A stretch of DNA of 64,000 nt from Octopus sinensis (GCF_006345805.1 NC_042997.1:122698001-122762000); one strand, 5' to 3'. Positions 1-14,191 are shown, numbered from the stretch's first letter. Notes: generated by a model from the letters alone, not told the origin. Program-made: numbers and translations.

Positions 1-859
1 CATCATCACTACAAGAACACTGAGACTGTTTTAGCTGAATAATGGACAAAAGTTTCTTTGGAAACAATTCAAACTTTGTACTAGTCCGTACCTAGTAGAA
101 TTCAAGCTGGAATTACTGCCAAAGCGGTCCTACCCCATATTGAAATAAATTTGTTTGAAATTTTAAGGTGTTTCAATTATTCTGTCCAACCCATGTATAT
201 ATATGTGCGCGTGTGTATTTATGTGGGCACCAGTGCACGGGTGTCTGAGTATGTGTGTGTGCACCTGTGCATGTATATGTGTGTGTGTATATATATTTTG
301 CTTTAAAAAATTCTTGATGTCAAATCGAGTTTTTTAATCAGGTATTGTTATACTTGGGGATGATTATATTTTGGCAGTTAAACATACACACAATACATAT
401 GCTCCATGAAATGATTAATAACACCCACCTCCACCACATTATCAAACCTGACAACTAAAGACAGAATGAGAAGGAAAAAGGACACAGACAAACAATATTT
501 TACATACGCGCATATTCACACACGCAAGATACACATACACATACACAATGAAATTGGAGAAAAATATATATATAAAAGACACGGGTACGAAGATTGTAGT
601 AAAGAAACACATATGCATCTATACAATACAAATATAATAAACACACATGCACACATATACACATTCAGTTACAGATGCATGATCAGACAGGGATACATAC
701 CAAAGAAAGACAAAATGGAATACGTAAGAGAATAGGACACAGGTTGGGTAGAGCGTGGCTGAAGAAGTCACAGGATGTGCTACGAAGGGTCTTTGACTAA
801 GAAACTAATATAACAATAATATAACTTGAGTGATGACCAAATATAAAATGCGTACGTTT

Positions 860-1520
860 ACTTGGTAAAATGTGAGTATTCTGAAGCTTAACAAATTCGA
901 TGATGAAATCGTCAACCGTCTTGCAAAGGCAACCAACACATTTGGCCAACTCCGTCATTGCCCATTGAATGAAAGTGGCATCAAATTTGACACCAAAGTA
1001 CAGGTCTATAAAGCTGCCATACATACTACTCTCTTGTATGGCTAAAGATCGTGGATACCCTATAGACGACACATTAACCAACTAGACATCTTCCACAAAA
1101 ACTGCCTGAGGGCAATCTGTGGTTATGCACTAAAAGAGAAAATTTCTAATGCAGGCTTGTTTAGCAAATGTAAAATTAGTGGAATTGAAGGTTTCCTTAT
1201 ACAATCATAATTGCACCGGACTGGCCATGTCGTCAACACTACTCATATACAGCCAGCTTGTGTTTGGAGAATGGAATGTTGGGCGAACATGGCTCAGATA
1301 TAAGGACAGGCTGGACAGTAACCTCTTAGTGATGAAGATAGCTCACAGCACCTTTGAGCGAACAGCCTTGGTACGAACAAAATGGAGATCATTGTGTCAA
1401 AATGGTATTAAAAATGTTGTTGCAACCAGCATTAACAGGCTTCGAGGTGCAAGGCGAAGAATAAAAGCGGCTGCAAGTATACCACAAACACTGACCTCAA
1501 ACTTGCAACATTTGTAGCTA
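860..1520 (+). mobile_element. Decayed RTE-clade LINE, 3' part of ORF
   Basis: Broken translation DDEIVNRLAKATNTFGQL..DTKVQVYKAAI..LLYG..W..YRRHINQLDIFHKNCLRAI..QLVFGE..RYKD, typical of the post-RT region of RTE elements; stops and frameshifts present. Confidence 0.85.
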
Positions 1521-1882
1521 TCTTTGTACATCTTTGGCGAGTTTCAAATGTCACATTCGACATAAGCATTATGAATGACAACGTAAGAGTATTCTGTTGT
1601 GTCTGGGGAGAGTCATTTTCTTTTTGTGCCTTATAATTTAACACACTCACCGGTAAAATGAGTGTGTTAAAACGAAAATGACTCTCCCCAGACACAACAG
1701 AATATGCTTCAACACACGAATTCATATAAAGAATCTTGCAAACCAAATCCAAAAACGAAACGTAAGAGTAGCATTACTAAAATTTCTGTACAACAGCAAA
1801 GTAATAATATAGATGATATATTGGTTTCAAATTTTAGCACAATGCCAGCAGCAAAATCGGTGAAGGTGGTAAGTCGATTTCA

Positions 1883-2102
1883 TCAAGTTCTCCTGAGTTC
1901 CTGCCCCACACATTTTAGGGATCTTAGAGTATCTCCATTGGCCTCTGCCACTAGCCACTTTTCACCTCAGCCGTCCTAAATCTATGCCCTCGAGCGACGT
2001 AAGTATTGATGTCACAGATAGTTTCCAAGCACTTTGTATCTTGGGCTTGTCTAACTTACTCTGATTTCCTCGACTTCCATCATATACACTAGTAAAAATT
2101 TT
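1883..2102. repeat. Left arm of 220-bp inverted duplication (partner 5258-5477)
   Basis: Reverse complement of 5258-5477 with 2 substitutions by eye. Confidence 0.95.
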
Positions 2103-3004
2103 AACGAGTTAACGTTTCTGTGACGTCACCACCTCAATAATATAGATAATTTAATGCTTCTTTTTCGTTCGGTAATTATTATCTTTAAAAACTATATTCT
2201 TTAACACTCACTTCAATAGTTTAACTAGCGTTTCTGAGAACTGGAGAGTAGAGCAAGATTCGAACGAAAGTATAATCTCGTGAGCAATCGTACACTAACC
2301 TTGACTTAAACATGAATGCTATAAAATTAGTAAAGATAATTTATTTATAACTAAGAACAAAAGTTTCTAAATATAGCATCTCGTGCGACTGCCCCTTCGG
2401 CAGTAACTATACGGGCTTTTCTCCAACAGACATCCAATACAAATATACCAATTTCAAAATGAATTATGTACTTAACAGTCCTCTATAAACTTTCAACACC
2501 CTTACATACTCACCAAAGCAACCACGGAATTTCTGCTAATTAATATGACGTTATTTGATTTATTTTATTTAGTTAACATTGATGCCTACATTGGCCTTCA
2601 ATCCATGAGAACAATGGAAATCTGGCCATAATTCTTGAAGATGAGAGAAGACCAGACAGTTCAAAAGAACATGAGTTGTATTATTACCGGTAGAACGGTA
2701 ATGTAGGAAATCAGCAAGCGGTGGTGAAAAGGTTGCAGTGTATTAGTGAGGAATATAATTGCAATCAATCAAACTGGTTTTCTGTCCCCGCGCTAAAGAT
2801 GTTACACTAAAGATGTTGCGTGCCACGCCTATGTAAGGTTAGAATCTGTTGGAGTGTGACTAATTTAAATATTATCTAATATATAGCCTACTCGATATCT
2901 TCTTTTTTAAATGCCCGAATTATAACAATATGGATATTTAAATACAGCCTAATCAAATTCTTTCAAAATAATACATCATTTATCTCCAGCAATCGCTAAA
3001 GCAA

Positions 3005-3060
3005 CGTTGTTGTTGTTGTTGCTCTTCTTCTTCTTCTTCTTCTTCTTCTTCTTCTTCTTG
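3005..3060. repeat. (TTG)n(TTC)n microsatellite leading into a pyrimidine-rich tract
   Basis: Direct reading; explains the poly-L/F ORF at 3007-3432. Confidence 0.95.
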
Positions 3061-4622
3061 TTTTTTGCTTTCTTTTTCTTCTTCTACTTGTTTTTTGCTT
3101 TCTTTTTCCTCTTCTCCTTTTTTATTTTCGTTTCCCTCTTCATGTTTCAAGTTTATTTCTTGTTTTTATTCTTCCACTTTAATATTTTCCTCCTATTCTT
3201 ATTATTAACATTGTATATTATTCTGTTTCATCTTAATCGCGGTCGTTGTCGTCGTCGTCGTCATCATTATCTTGGCATTTTGACTTTGTTCTTTCTGCAC
3301 CTCACCATCTACTTTAATCACCCCCCCCCATTTCCTCCTTTTTTATTTTCTTCCTATCCGTTTTATTCATTACACAAAAACAAAGCAACTATTTTTTGCT
3401 TTCTTTGCATTTACCCCATTTGTTCGTTGTAAATATTTCTGTATCATTTGTCCCTTTTTTTATTGCCTTTCATTTTTCAATAATGTCATCGTTTTGGAAA
3501 CGTTCGTTAGTAGTGTCTAATCAGGCACAAGAAACAATAATTAATTAGAGCTAATGCAATATTTATGATCAAAGAAAAAAAGACTTATTAATAATTTCAA
3601 TAATTCAGTGTAGGCCTGGCTAGATCTGATGAATTGGACAGAAATCGGAAGGAAAATGTGTTAAATCGACAAAAGTGGTGGGGGAAAAAGAAAGTATCGA
3701 AATTTGCATTTACTATATCAAATTACGGATTTGGCTGTTTGTTTATTTCTTCTATTTCCAGATGAATTAATTTCATATTGATCAGAGATAAATTTCATAG
3801 AACTAATAATGTGACGTGTGTTGATACTGAATTTTCGCACGTTAACACATGAAACAGACTGAGAAAAATCGTGGCACTTTCTAATCTGAAACAATTATTA
3901 TATTCCGTGGTGAAAAAACAACAGAAGCTAAAAGAAAAAAAATATGCAAATAAATAACTATAATAATCTGTGTTAGCATGCTATGCTGAGCCGATTTTCT
4001 TAGTTTATCGTGTGATTATAGGGAAACAATTAGAAATAAATTATAATGGATTAAAATATTGCTTGCATTTAATAATCAACAGCTCTGATCTATAGTGGGA
4101 GAGAAACACAGGAAGCGGAAATCGAATCGGATATATTGCTTGCTTCGCGTCTACTAGAAATATAAGCGAAATCCCCTTTGTAGCAGTCTGTGCTTTCTTA
4201 CGTAAGAAGCACATTAGTCAATTTCGTGTAAGATTTTGATAAAGCAAACAGTATGATTGAAGCTAGAAGACTTTCACCATGTCTCTGTTGTTAAGCGTCA
4301 AACCGGCATTTGGCAACAATAAATATATGAGATCCGTCAAAAATGGCTTTTATATACCAGAGTGAACTATAATACCTTGATACAAATGATGAGAAGAGTG
4401 TTTAAGTGGATATAAATATAGAAGTGGTTGCATGTATCACGACTATAGTTATTTAAGGTTCTATGTGTTGTTTATAAAAATTGGTGTTTATTGATGTACA
4501 TACAGAACATATTTCATTTCTTAATTGTTTCACGGACAAATTACTTTTGCCCATGACACATATTTGACTATATTTAACACACACACACGCACACACACAC
4601 ACACACATACGTGTGTGCGTGT

Positions 4623-4861
4623 TCACCGATACATCATATTTTTTCCTGAAAAAGTAGGGCATAAAAATCGTTAAACATATAAGCCAAATACACACACGCA
4701 CGCTCACACATACACATACGTGTGGTGTGCGTGTGCATGTGCATGTACGTGCGTGTGCATGTGCATGTACGTGCGTGTGTGTGTGTGAGTGTGTATTTGG
4801 CTTATATTTAGCGATTTTTTTATGCCTACCTTTTTCAGGAAAAAACTTGATGTGTCGGTGA
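4623..4861. mobile_element. Hairpin/MITE-like element with ~75-bp imperfect inverted arms and a CA/GT core
   Basis: tcaccgatacatcatattttttcctgaaaaagtagggcataaaaatcg...aagccaaatacacac versus gtgtgtatttggcttatatttagcgattttttt...ttcaggaaaaaacttgatgtgtcggtga. Confidence 0.75.
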
Positions 4862-5257
4862 CCTCAAAACGATAACTATAGCAGAAACAATAGAAATGAG
4901 AAAAGTCAAGAAGCGCGAAGGAAAGCTATCAGGAATACCGTCACCTCCACTACCATCATTAACACACAGCACTTAGTAACAAAACAACCGCAATATTTAT
5001 AGACAGAAAGATGTCTCATAAAGAATGATTCTGTCGAGTAGCAAGCTTTTCTACGATCCCAGCAATCCCACAACTCCAACACCAAGCATAACATCATTAA
5101 TATCCCTTATACTGCGGCCATCAAATCTTTTGGTAACGGCCTCGTTAAACTGTGTTGGATAAAATAAGCAAGTCTTGAATACTGCCAGGAATTTTCTATG
5201 ATTGGAAAGGTAGTGCCTTTACAAATGCTATGGAAGATCCACGAAGAAACAGAAAAG

Positions 5258-5477
5258 AAAATTTTTACTAATGTATATGATGGAAGTCGAGGAAATCAGA
5301 GTAAGTTAGACAAGCCCAAGATACAAAGTGCTTGGAAACTATCTGTGACATCAATACTTACGTCGCTCGAGGGCGTAGATTTAGGACGGCTGAGGTGAAA
5401 AGTGGCTAGTGGCAGAGGCCAATGGAGATACTCTAAGATCCCTAAAATGTGTGGGGCAGGAACTCAGGAGAACTTGA
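5258..5477. repeat. Right arm of 220-bp inverted duplication
   Basis: aaaatttttactaatgtatatgatgg...caggagaacttga is the reverse complement of 1883-2102. Confidence 0.95.
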
Positions 5478-6803
5478 ACCTATCAGACTGTTATATAAAG
5501 GAAAGTGATTGATCTAGATATCTGGTTGAAAGTGACAGGTATATTATTGCAAACCCACATGAAGCTGCTTACTAAAAGAAATTAAGAAGGCACAGGAGCC
5601 ATTCTTGATTTGATCAACCAGCTTTGCAGCATGAATCTTCATGACAACTGAGTACAGAAGGGTAAGCTGTACCTTATGCGGTGAAGAAAACAATATATTT
5701 CAAAACAATACTCTGCAAAGTGAGGGTTAAATGCATATCTGTCACTGCTACTGACGACATTTCTACAACAACAATAAAAAAAAACAGCAACGACTTCAGC
5801 ACCACTAGTAATAGCTACTTCAGCATTGGCAGCAGTATGACCACAAGGAAAAGCAAAAGAAACAGTCAAAACAGCTGCAGAAATAGCAACAAATATTTGT
5901 ACCAAAGCTACTTGAATCTAGATGAAGTATTTGTGCTCACCAGCGCATTAACGTACAGACGCACACGCGTATTTGGCAAAACACGATATTTCTCTTTGTC
6001 AATAATTTCTCCGGCTTCAAATACTATTAGGGAGACGAGGTGAAATGAAAAATACTAGTCAGAAGAGGTCATTATCTAGAAAAAAGTAAAACACAGAAAT
6101 TTGATTACCATTAATCAACGATAAAACACCAACCAACTGAGAGATAAAATATTTGAGAACCAGAAACCCACTTCGACCGATGTAAACACTAGTTATTAGA
6201 ATTCGAGCACATAGTTTCCGGTATTTAAAGACTACAGAGATCGAATTAGCATCTTAGCATCTTAGTAAAACTGTGTTGATAGGCAAAATCATCAATAATT
6301 GCGAGGATTAGAGTAGAATCAGTGAGAATTAGTAAAGAAATAGCGATAATGTACAGTAGACTCGATTGGGAATTAATGACCAAAATAAAAGAGCCGATTA
6401 AGTAAGGCATCGTGACTGACATTCTAGTGGGAGAATCCCCTTTGGTCATTTCTCCAACACAAAACACTAACGGTACATTGCTGGAGTTAACACATGTGCT
6501 ACACGAAACGAATGAATGAAAACCATTCGGTAGATAAAGATGGCAGAGCAACACATCTGTTTTTGATAGACCAGAATTGAGATGTGTTACTCGATTCCAA
6601 GCAGTTATGTGCAATTTTCTATCGGCATTTTGTTCACCTATTCACGACAAGTAGGTGGATGTAGAAATTCTGCAGTTGCTTTGTCTTCAATAGGCTGCTG
6701 CAAATCTCGGAAATAAATGCTTTGTTTTCCAAAATCCCAATAAAAAGACTAAGATAAGGCATGAGATACCTTGTTGTATACCATGCAAGTCACTTTGTCT
6801 TAA

Positions 6804-6850
<47 letters not shown>

Positions 6851-6944
6851 ATGTATGCATGCATGTATGTATATATATATATATATATATATACATACTT
6901 ATATGCAAGTATATATATATATGCGTGTGTCTTTCAGTGTGTGT

Positions 6945-7148
6945 TTGTGTCACTTACCACCGCTCGAGAAACGATGTTCGTTTGTTTACATCCCCGTAAT
7001 CTAGCAGTATGGGAAAACGACTCGATAGAATAAGTACCTGGCATTAGAAAATATACGGGTTTGATGTCTTCACCTAAGACTTTCAAGTCGGTGCCCCAGC
7101 ACGGCTGCAGTCCAATGACTGAAAGAAGTAAGAGATAAAAAACAAAAG
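6945..7148 (+). mobile_element. SINE family 1, 3' tail module (diverged)
   Basis: Matches the tail copies at 16920-17120 and 29085-29283 (gatagaataagtac...ggtgccccagca.ggc.gcagtc.aatgactgaaa). Confidence 0.8.
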
Positions 7149-7218
7149 ATAAAACACACACATATACAAGTTGAGCCCAAACTTCAAGCTACTGTGCAGT
7201 ATATTTGTATGCATTACG

Positions 7219-7700
7219 GTGGCGTTCTGGAAGAAACGTTAGCACGCCTGGCAAAATGCTTTGCGTATTTCGTCAGTCTTTACGTTCTGAGTTAAAATTC
7301 CACCGAGGTCGACTTTGCCTTTTATCCTTTCGGGGTCGATAAATTAAGTACCAGCTACGTACTGAGGTCGATTTAACCGACTTGCTCATTTTCCCCAAAA
7401 CGTTGGGCCTTGGGCTTAGAATAGAAAATAATATTTCGTCTGTCTTTACGTTCAGAGTTAAAATTCTGCAGAGGTCGACTTTGCATTTCATTCATTCGGG
7501 ATTGATAAATTAAGTACCAGTTGCGTACTGGAGTCAATCTAATCGACTGGCCCTCTCCCCAAACATTTCGGGCCTTGTGACTAGAGGAGAAAAGAATCAT
7601 TAGCACGCCGGGAAAAATGCTTAGCAGTATTTAGTCAGTCTTTAACCGATGAATTCATATTCCACCGAGGTCTTTCGCACTTCGAAGTTGATAACATGAT
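7219..7700 (+). mobile_element. SINE family 2, three partial tandem copies
   Basis: Repeated gaaacgttagcacgcc / gaggtcgactttgcctt..tcctttcggggtcgataaattaagtaccag motifs shared with 30983-31345. Confidence 0.85.
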
Positions 7701-8629
7701 CACAAGGCTAGCGCCGGGTTCAATTTAATCAATTTACCCCTCGCCTGAAACTGTTAACCTTGTGCCAGAAAGTAAAACCAATATATTTGTATATAATAGA
7801 TGGTACAAAAATATTGAATGTGTGTATGGATGTGCGTACATCTATATGTTCGTTTTGCAAAACCTGCAGTATTTTACCAATATTTCCAAGTAACTTTTCG
7901 AATATATATTTCCAGACTGGTCTAAAACCAAGCAGTTTATAGCACAAACATCGCCTTTCATTTCAGGGAACGGAAACTCGCTATTTTATTCCGTAAAATT
8001 TATACAACAAAATGTCTTCTTTTTTTATTAAATATATATCCTTATTTTAATCATTTTCTTTCGCGTTAAAGTATCAGTGAAATTGCTTTCTGTTTAAAGA
8101 AATAAAACGTGTACTATCTCCCTGTACATGTTCCGTGTATTGCTGAGACACGGAGAATGCGAAGAAACGTGAAAACAAAAACAAATTTGTATTATTATCA
8201 GTCATACACACAAGCGTATATCGAACTCGAGAAAGTAGGCCAGTAGAAATAAAGTTGCTGAACTTGAGAGATAAAACTCAAAAAACAATATATGCATCAT
8301 TTACTGATCGAAATGTTACATGAAACTATAAACAGGATATACGCCATTAATAAAACAGAGTATGCATGCATATAAAGTTATGTGTGTGTCTGTGCGCGCA
8401 CTCGTCTGCGTTTGTGTGATTCTGAGCGCGTATATGTGTATTTGTGCGAATGGATGTTTATCATTACCTATGTATGGTGATTTTCCTATATGAGAGACTG
8501 CTTGTGTATTTCTTGTGTAGTGTGAAGCAAAGTTATTGCATTTCCATAATATATGTTTGATCGGCCGTAACTCATTCCACGTGATTTTATTACTCTGCAA
8601 GTAAATGTGATATAAACCATTGACATTCA

Positions 8630-8689
<60 letters not shown>

Positions 8690-9255
8690 GTGCGTGCGCG
8701 CGTGTATGTATGTATATAACAGTCACATATATTCTTTCATTATATTCTTCACTCTGAGGAATGTTTAATTCAAAATACTGTTATATGACCTCCTTCTATG
8801 CTTAGATTATTTCCAGTGCATTAAAAACCGGAAATATTTAAAAGCCTGGTTCAGTTCATTTACCTGTTACTATGCTAAGAAGATCGTTTCTGGAATATAA
8901 TGTACGTTTTTTTTTTGTTTAAATTCAGTAACTTTAAGAATAGTCTTTATATCCACACATTTTGATGAAAATGTATATTTTAATGATGTAGAAGTAGAGA
9001 CGGTTATGCTGTTAGGCTTCTCTATTATAATTGTAATCAGTTTGAAAAAAGTACAGAAAAAATTAGCATATAATGTGTGATGAGGAAAGCTCTACGTATG
9101 TAACAGCCACATCTCATACATATCTCCTACAATGTCCATGCTACATTTTTTAAAAACAGATTTACTGAAGATTTTTGTCCAGTATATAATATGCTTGAAA
9201 AGAAGTTGGGAGTGTAAAATGGGGAATCCGATCGATAAGTCCGCTTCGTCTACGC

Positions 9256-9555
9256 CAGGGGTCCCCAACTTTATTTTGTTTGTGGACCCCCTGAGAGCTA
9301 TCTTATTATCTGTGGGCCCCATATATATACACATGTAAATTTTTGATATAAAATATTTGTTTGTAGGTTAGTCAAAACTAACAATGAAACAATTTCGTTA
9401 TATTCATAACATAAATTCCAAATACAAATCTTGAAAATTTCAATAAAAATAGGCACCTCTCCCAGTAAGCAAAATTTATATATGGACACACAAATTACAA
9501 TGTTTTACTTGTGGATCCCCTGAAAACTTCTGTGGACCCGGGTTGGGAACCCTTG
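9256..9555. mobile_element. 300-bp non-autonomous hAT (Charlie-like) MITE
   Basis: TIRs CAGGGGTCCCCAAC / GTTGGGAACCCTTG; perfect 8-bp TSD GTCTACGC at 9248-9255 and 9556-9563. Confidence 0.92.
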
Positions 9556-12381
9556 GTCTACGCCAACATAGATTTCTTGAACCAACATAGCCATGGACGT
9601 GATGAGAAGTTTTTTTTTTCTGCTCAGTCAATTGACATGTTAGTAAAAGAAGTAAATGTTCGTTAAAATAATCCCACCGTACTAAGAAGTACATATTGAC
9701 TGATACACCGTCACACCTCTGCACAACACATTCAAATATTGCGGAGAAGTGTGTAGCCTTATACTCCATCAGGGTCCTCCCTTTATATTCCATTGTTCAT
9801 CGTCCTCTTTGTTACCTGCAACCACATTTTGCCTCGAAATATTTGGGTCCGAAGTTCTAGGTATTCTCTGCCTAATATATACATATTTCGTTGCCCTCAC
9901 ATATGAGCGACTCATCATGCAAATTATTCCCTTGTGACATGCTATTTTTAATAATTTCCGTTGTTATTGGCCAGGCAAGAAATTTCAGCCTGAAATTTTT
10001 GCTGAAATCGCTGTATCTCCAACCCATCCTCAAAATTGCGTCACTGAATTAAATATGAAATATCTGTGGCCCTTAATCCTAGATCTACTGAGGCAAGGAC
10101 TATTTGAAGCTAAATATAAAGCAAATGTCTTTGACAGAATTCCAGGAATATACTGGCTAGAACGAATCTGGACAACGCTTAATATCCACTGTGTGATATG
10201 AAGTATTTTAAGTCTGATAGGCGGAAGATGTTTGTTCGTATTTTGAGATTACCTAAAATTAGTATACCATTTGAAAAATGAAAGTAACAAATGCGTTTAC
10301 TTGACCAATAAAAGAGGCAGAAAATTAAGTAAAGGTACATGACTTCTTGAAAATTGTTCTTGTGTACTGTGAGTGTATTTTGTCTAATAATCCGGAAGGC
10401 CATTTTGAGATCAACCTTAGATCTTGTGCACAAGAGTCATGTTAGAAATATTTTAACGTTGAGTTAAAGTTGTTGTCTAACATGAATTAAGCTTGGCTCC
10501 GGATAAAGTATTCAGACACTTTAAATGTAGTTGCAGACACTTTCGATACAGATGCAAAGTGGCTATGAGAGATTACATAAGATATTCGGAAATTTAATGT
10601 GTGTGGAAGCTTTGAAGATTTAAAATCGTATTGTTCTTGTGTTTGAAGGATACAATGCTGCGTAATATTTCCTTTTCCTTTAGACATTTAATAACTGGTT
10701 TTGTGCCTTAGTATAACTGAAACTGGGGTTTCATATCTGTGTTGGAGGATGCTTTAGAAACACACTACTTTGAAAATATGTATTTTGGTGTCCAAGTTCA
10801 GTTATTGTGTTGTAAATACTTTTCAGCTAACTTGTTAATATATTTAACTCTTAGAACGAATGAACCCTATTTACTGTTTATTGATCTTGGCAGCTTTGGA
10901 AACCACAAAATGTCGTATATTTTCCCTTGTGCAAGCATATGAATCACCCTCGACGCTCAGAACTTATGAAAGCTGGTGATTACACTGATGTTTATGACCA
11001 CCATCACTATGATTGTGAATTAGTAACTGTTATCATTGTGAGAAGTTTTGTAGTATCGCTATTATATCGACAAACATACAGAGAAATCGCTCACTAAAGA
11101 CAGATTTTCCTAGCGTAGAGATATTAAACGTCAATAACAGCCATTGATGTAATGCATTAACTCTTATTCAGACACATCCATCGTTTTATCGTCTCATATG
11201 AAAAAAATATCGTTTTCTTCTAGTTGAAATAATGTATGTAATAAATGTTGATAAATCACATATCAAGTGATATCAGGATGTTTGTGGGAAACTATTTGCT
11301 TACCAAAGCGGAATATCTACAAAGTGTTTGAGCAGTCTGGTATTGGTAAACGAATATATCAGTTCATACATACATAAATAATACCTCAATTAAGACAATG
11401 TTGTGTTTTTACCACGAAGTCGAACGTTCTAAATTATGCTTTGAAGCGTTGTAATTATCAACAAAAGAGGACGTACTTGAGGGAGGAACTCGGGCACTAA
11501 ACATTATTGTTACATTTTTCGTAAAAATATAAATATTTACGACGGATAAAGCAAGCAATAAAACCGAGAATACCATGATAAAATTCACTGTTTTTGTTAA
11601 GTATCTTAAACAAAACAATAAATATGTAGCAGTTAATATTCCTTATTATTTCAGAAAGACAACATATATGCTGATATGCCAAAGATAATGTATGAGAGAA
11701 TTCAATCAATCTCTCTACACTTGCATGTGTTTAAATATATTTGTAAATCTACCGCACATTCGTACGAAATATATTACTCTAAGTAGCAAGTAACTGCCTC
11801 CATATATGATGGAGTGTTTGATTGCTCAAATATATTCAGTATAATACATCAAAAAGTTGTTTTACAATCGAATTTTTTTCAGGCTACGACGATAATGCAA
11901 ATTTCAGAAAATTCAGTATATTTATGTAACGCCTTATAATGACGGCAGAATATCTTTTTAAACAACTGCATTAAAACTTTTGATCGATTTAATTAATTCT
12001 ATAATTCTATAAGTACAAAGATTCATCGTCCATTAATAAATATTTCATATGCGACAACAAATTCATTATATTATTTCAGAAAAACACAAGTTTTCAATAT
12101 AATATGTTACTTCTCACCTGTGCTAAATAGAAAAGATAAACAGGTGAGAAACTTTTCTCCTGTTTCTGGTTAATTTATATGTAACAAATAGCGCATTTAA
12201 TTTTATATGAACATTTTCAAAGCAATACTTCTACATAGGAAATTATCTCAAAATGTAATAAGCACCTGCCAAACGGATCCAGAATGAAAACAAACATTGG
12301 AAATAGAATGTTATACACGTAGAAAAAAAATCACGTGTATGCTGTCAACATATTTGTGACTTGATATGTTTTATTTTGAAG

Positions 12382-12455
12382 GCAGCGTGCCGGCAGAAAC
12401 GTTAGCACGCCGGGCGAAATGCTTCGTCTGTCTTTACTTTCTGAGTTCAAGTGTT
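12382..12455 (+). mobile_element. SINE family 2, 5' fragment
   Basis: ggcagcgtgccggcagaaacgttagcacgccgggcgaaatgctt...ctgagttcaa. Confidence 0.7.
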
Positions 12456-12509
12456 ACTAGAAATGGTATATTCTTCCTTTGTTGGGTTCGTCTTTTTATG
12501 TTCCTCATT

Positions 12510-13470
12510 AGATGATATGTCACAATTTGAGTAACATCGGTAGACTGGGAGAGTGGCTGCATGATTTCCTGAAGGGCCGAGGTCAGGCTGTCACAGCAAA
12601 TGGTGCTCTCTCCGAAGTGTCACCAATCCACTGGGAACAGTACTGGGACCACTATTGTTTGTGGTTGCTCCCTCGCACATGCCCTCAGCCACAGGGTCCG
12701 CCACAGGCACCAGCTACTACGACGATACAAAAGTATCACAGGGGATCAAGGATCCTACTGATATCCTAAGACGGCAGAACGACCTGAATGCAATATATAA
12801 GGGGGCAGATGAGAATAATACGCAGTTCAGTGCCGCAAAATTTTAAGCACTCCACTATCAGCCTGAAAGCAAACTACAACTGGAGTGCACGGCACCAATA
12901 GGCAATGTAATCCCAGAGTACGTGACCAGGGAATCCACATGAGCAACGAGGCAACTATCCATGTGCACATTACTCAGATGGCAACACTAAATAGGCGGAT
13001 CCTTAAATCCTTCAGGACCAGGAAGAGAGATACAATGCTTCTGCTTTGTAGAACCTTTGTCCTAAATCATCTGGATTACTGCACCCATATGTGGTCACCA
13101 CAGAGCGTAAAAGTAATTGCGGAGCTAGAGGCGGTACAACCCCATTATACAAAGAACAAATACTCTGTAAAACACATGGGCGACTTGGAAGAGGATAAAG
13201 GAGCTGGGACTCTACTTCTAGGGGAAGATAAATGAGAGATATGCAGTGCTATGCATATCAAAAATATTGGAGGGTCTAGCTCCAAATTTCGGAATCAAAA
13301 TCTACAACAATCGCCAAACTGGGAGGCACTACAAAGTAACAAAGTTCCTAGTTCTCCATCGAGGATACGAACCCAATATTTAATGACTTGGGATTCAAGG
13401 GACCACAACTTTTTAATGCCCTACAACAGAACATCAGGGATTTATCAGGTGTAGGAATGGAAATCTTCAA
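12510..13470 (+). mobile_element. Decayed CR1-clade LINE, RT C-terminal half and 3' region
   Basis: GRLGEWLHDFLKGRGQAVTANG; SYYDDTK (RT catalytic motif, ~12712-12732); NDLNAIYKGADENNTQFSAAKF; FVLNHLDYCTHMWSP; multiple frameshifts. Confidence 0.88.
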
Positions 13471-13561
13471 AAAAACCTTTGAATTTGTTTTCCTGCCCTC
13501 CTTAATTTTATATACCTGAAGCTCTATCAGAGAGCTAATTGGTTGAGCTGTATAAAGTGGA

Positions 13562-13567
13562 TATCTA

Positions 13568-13632
<65 letters not shown>

Positions 13633-13740
13633 ATCTAGCTAGCTAGCTATTTGTCTGTCTGTCTGTCTGTCCGTCTATATATCTCTCTATCTATCTGTCT
13701 ATATATATATATATATATATAATATATATATATATATAAT
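13562..13740. repeat. (TATC)n/(TA)n compound microsatellite
   Basis: Direct reading. Confidence 0.95.
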
Positions 13741-13983
13741 TTTAGCAAAACAATTAAGATTCAAATGAATTCAAATCAATTCAAGTGAATATGGTACTTA
13801 ATTTAGATGCAACAGAATTCTTCATAGTATTAACCATAAAATTATGTAGGGTGATTATAACCAAGAAAAAAGCAACAACAATTGTACTAATCTATCAATC
13901 CATTCTTGTTGCTTTCTTCTTATATATATGCGGGTGCGTGTGTATATGTATATATATACATGTATGTATGTATGTATATATAC

Positions 13984-14164
13984 AACGGGCTTCTATCAGT
14001 TTTGGTAGACGGAATCTGAAAGAAGCCCATCTCCCAAATCCATTCACGAGAAATTGGACGGCCCGAGGCTATAGTAGAAACCACGTGCCAAAGGGTAGCA
14101 TACAGTGGGACTGAATCCGGAATCATGTGTCTGTGAAGCAAGCACCTTTCCACACAGTCACTCC
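13984..14164 (-). mobile_element. SINE family 1, tRNA-derived head with a small internal inverted duplication
   Basis: Reverse complement of the head at 16527-16680 plus an extra ttggtagacggaatctgaaagaagccc in the opposite orientation. Confidence 0.8.
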
Positions 14165-14191
14165 TTTGTGTGCATGTGTGTGTCTGTGTGT

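Noticed and set aside
3007-3432. 141-aa L/F-rich ORF
   Set aside because: Translation of (TTG)n(TTC)n and a pyrimidine-rich tract.
5540-5670. Possible exon ending at the donor-like AAGG|GTAAGC near 5661
   Set aside because: All frames contain stops within a short distance, and no homology is recognisable.
9875-9920. Minus-strand AUGAUGA-hairpin-GAAA hammerhead-like motif
   Set aside because: A at position 3 and no stem I pairing.
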